Source of the DNA: Hormoscilla sp.
Lineage (GTDB): Bacteria; Cyanobacteriota; Cyanobacteriia; Cyanobacteriales; Desertifilaceae
NCBI GenBank assembly: GCA_051439505.1
Contig: JBFRWI010000195.1
Span: forward strand, 1-40,230
Length of the DNA stretch: 40,230 bases
Direction: 5' to 3'
The first letter of the stretch is position 1. Every line of letters starts with the position of its first letter. Under the pieces are notes generated by a model. The model ran no database searches. It was given only the letters and a program-made list of their open reading frames with translations, and was not told the DNA's origin. Positions 38,174 through 40,230 of this stretch are shown here, in pieces. A program made the position numbers and the translations under genes.

Positions 38174-38277
38174 AAGCAAAGCCATTGGAAGTTGTTGTCC
38201 AAAGCTTCTAGAGGATCGTCCGAACTCACGTTATCGTCGGTCGCCGATCATCAGTGTCGTTGTGCAACGCCCATACG

Positions 38278-39000
38278 TTATACTTCTAAACCACTCAGCA
38301 CTTGTAGTAATTTGTCTACATTATCCAAATCACCTACAATTCTACGTATTGGTCGGGGCCATACTTTGACGAGGGTGGGTGTGGCTGAAACCTGATCTGC
38401 CTCTGCTCGATCTGGATGCTTGACAACATCGATCACTTTCAGGGTGTAAGGATGTCTCAAAGATCGCTCTAAAATTTGATGTAAACTCTTGAGTGTACTC
38501 TCGGTGGCAGCATTGTTACCAGAAACAAACAGCCGCATTACATATCCTGGCGTTTCTAGTCTCTTGTCTGATGCTGTCTTTTCCCAGTGAGTACCTGTCT
38601 TTTCCCAATGCACTATTAAGTCATGATCTTCCCAAAGTTGGGGAAACTCTGTCCGATAGGTTGCTAATACTCTCGGATCGCACAACCCCTCTTGCCACTG
38701 GGCCGCCTGCCACTCTATTTTACTTGTCTGAAAAACTGCATTCAGCAATGCTTGATACCGTAAAACTGGGGGATATGCTTCCGCAACAGATATCACTTGC
38801 TGTGTTTGGGGGTCTAACCATCGATCGATCGTGGCCGTGTATCCTGGCACCAAAAAGTGGGGGGGTTCTGGCAAACCTAGCATTTCTTGCAGTGCGGCAC
38901 AGAGATCTAAATGCCATCGACTTTGCTTGTTTTTGTCGATGCAATAAATTAAATCCCCCCCTGGTGTAAATAGGGCAATTCCTTTGAATATTTCTGCCAA
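38278..39000 (-). CDS. KaiB-domain protein with N-terminal extension (not canonical KaiB)
   Basis: FKGIALFTPGGDL N-domain; YVMRLFVSG, LKVIDV.K.P..AE and ATPTLVKVWPRPIRRIVGDL. Confidence 0.9.
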   Translation of the reverse strand: MAEIFKGIALFTPGGDLIYCIDKNKQSRWHLDLCAALQEMLGLPEPPHFLVPGYTATIDRWLDPQTQQVISVAEAYPPVLRYQALLNAVFQTSKIEWQAAQWQEGLCDPRVLATYRTEFPQLWEDHDLIVHWEKTGTHWEKTASDKRLETPGYVMRLFVSGNNAATESTLKSLHQILERSLRHPYTLKVIDVVKHPDRAEADQVSATPTLVKVWPRPIRRIVGDLDNVDKLLQVLSGLEV

Positions 39001-39088
39001 TTTTGATGCCTTTTTACTTGGTGTTAATTGCTTTGAAAATTGAGCAATTGTTATAGCAGTTATAAAATTACTGTGATATGCTGTTGGG

Positions 39089-39159
39089 GAGATTGCTTCG
39101 GGGGGGATTAACTCTATTTCCCCTAAGTTTATCGCTACGTACCCCCCCTCGCAATGACA
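39089..39159. repeat. REP-like element
   Basis: GAGATTGCTTCGGGGGG...CCCCCCTCGCAATGACA imperfect palindrome. Confidence 0.55.
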
Positions 39160-39217
39160 AATCGGCTATTGTGCTATACCACATCAATTTGAGAAATGCT
39201 ATAATTGCCCCATTCCC

Positions 39218-39262
39218 CCCATTAGCCATTTTCTCTTTGCTATTAGCCATTAGCCATTAGCT
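39218..39262. repeat. STRR-like heptamer repeats (CCATTAG)
   Basis: Tandem heptamers; similar tracts at ~11737-11760, ~11800-11820 and ~23530-23635. Confidence 0.6.
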
Positions 39263-39267
39263 ATTTT

Positions 39268-40230
39268 CTAGACCCGGCCTCGGAGGAACTGTGCCATTTC
39301 ATTGGGAGTTGGGGATTTTTCTAGGGCTATTTCTTCGGTGATCCGACCTTCGTGATAAAGGCCTAACAATGCTTTGTTCATGGTCGTCATGCCGTCAAAC
39401 TCCGATCGCAGCATGACTGCCTCAATTGATTCTAAATCACCCTTGAGAACGTATTCTTTAATCGCATCAGTTGCGATCATGATGTCGTGGAAGGCTGCAC
39501 GCTTGCCGTCTGTGGTCTTGCACAAACCTTGGGCTATGATCGCTACTAAGGATTCTGATAGAGCAACTCGGAAAGATGGCTGTTCTTCTGGTTTGAACAT
39601 CCCCAGAATCCGCTCGATGGTTTTTACGGCGCTGTTGGTGTGCAGGGTTCCCATCACCAAGTGACCTGTGGAGGCTGCTTTCAGAGCGATATTCATGCTC
39701 TCTTGGTCCCGAATTTCCCCGACTAGCATCAGATCCGGGTCTTCCCGCAAGGCGGCTTTGAGAGCGTTCTTAAATTCTAAGGTGTGCCTGCCGACTTCCC
39801 GGTGCTTGATGAGGGATTTTTGACTCTTATGGACGAATTCTACCGGATCCTCAATGGTGATGATGTGATGGGCCATGTTCCGGTTAATGTAATCAATCAG
39901 CGCCGCCATTGTGGTGGACTTACCAGAACCCGTCGGTCCCGTGACCAAAACTAGCCCTTTGTGGTAATGGCAGATGTCTTTGAAGACTGCTGGTGACTTG
40001 AGCTGTTCTAGGGTGAGGATCGTGGATGGGATCAGTCGCAACACCATCGCTGGACCGGCGAGGGAATCGAACACGTTGATCCGAATGCGCACAAAGCCAA
40101 AGTCAAAGACTCCGTCAAAGTCTAGGTGGTTCTGAAATTGCCGGATTTCCTCGTCGGTCATGCATTCGTGCATCCAACTGAGGAAGGTATCTAGGTCTGT
40201 GACTGGAAACTCTAGGGTGGTGATGTCACC
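39268..40230 (-). CDS. pilT: type IV pilus retraction ATPase PilT family (5' end outside window)
   Basis: GPTGSGKSTT, IEDPVEF, ALREDPD and GHLVMGTLHT; the frame stays open to the window edge. Confidence 0.93.
   Translation of the reverse strand, partial: GDITTLEFPVTDLDTFLSWMHECMTDEEIRQFQNHLDFDGVFDFGFVRIRINVFDSLAGPAMVLRLIPSTILTLEQLKSPAVFKDICHYHKGLVLVTGPTGSGKSTTMAALIDYINRNMAHHIITIEDPVEFVHKSQKSLIKHREVGRHTLEFKNALKAALREDPDLMLVGEIRDQESMNIALKAASTGHLVMGTLHTNSAVKTIERILGMFKPEEQPSFRVALSESLVAIIAQGLCKTTDGKRAAFHDIMIATDAIKEYVLKGDLESIEAVMLRSEFDGMTTMNKALLGLYHEGRITEEIALEKSPTPNEMAQFLRGRV

Overview
Chromosomal window from a HIP1 (GCGATCGC)-rich cyanobacterium. The repeat families and gene content point to a filamentous Oscillatoriales-type strain (inference). 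Bases ~1-7.8 kb are an accessory, decaying region: a probable 6S RNA, a dual-specificity phosphatase and DUF427 pair, six small antitoxin-like genes whose cognate toxins are reduced to stubs or missing, several MITE/REP families, an AT-rich membrane-protein gene, an HTH gene behind a 10-bp-phased GACGGA array, and a Uma2 nuclease. Bases ~7.8-40 kb are mostly core genes: ADP-ribosylglycohydrolase, hrcA, rhodanese, a gspE/pilB pseudogene with an internal inversion, DHH phosphoesterase, HNH nuclease, alr, patatin, tRNA-Ser(GCT), a PAS histidine kinase with a REC-GGDEF-EAL regulator, a degenerate beta-lactamase-like protein and NlpC/P60 peptidase, three tandem MFS paralogs, a coiled-coil/HEAT protein, psaL, psaI, psaB, psaA, a repeat-rich lipoprotein, a KaiB-domain protein and a partial pilT. 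The strongest novel signals are the toxin-ablated antitoxin clusters, the phased operator-like array with its HTH, and the IR-bounded inversion in gspE. All family calls come from motif recognition only; no searches were run.
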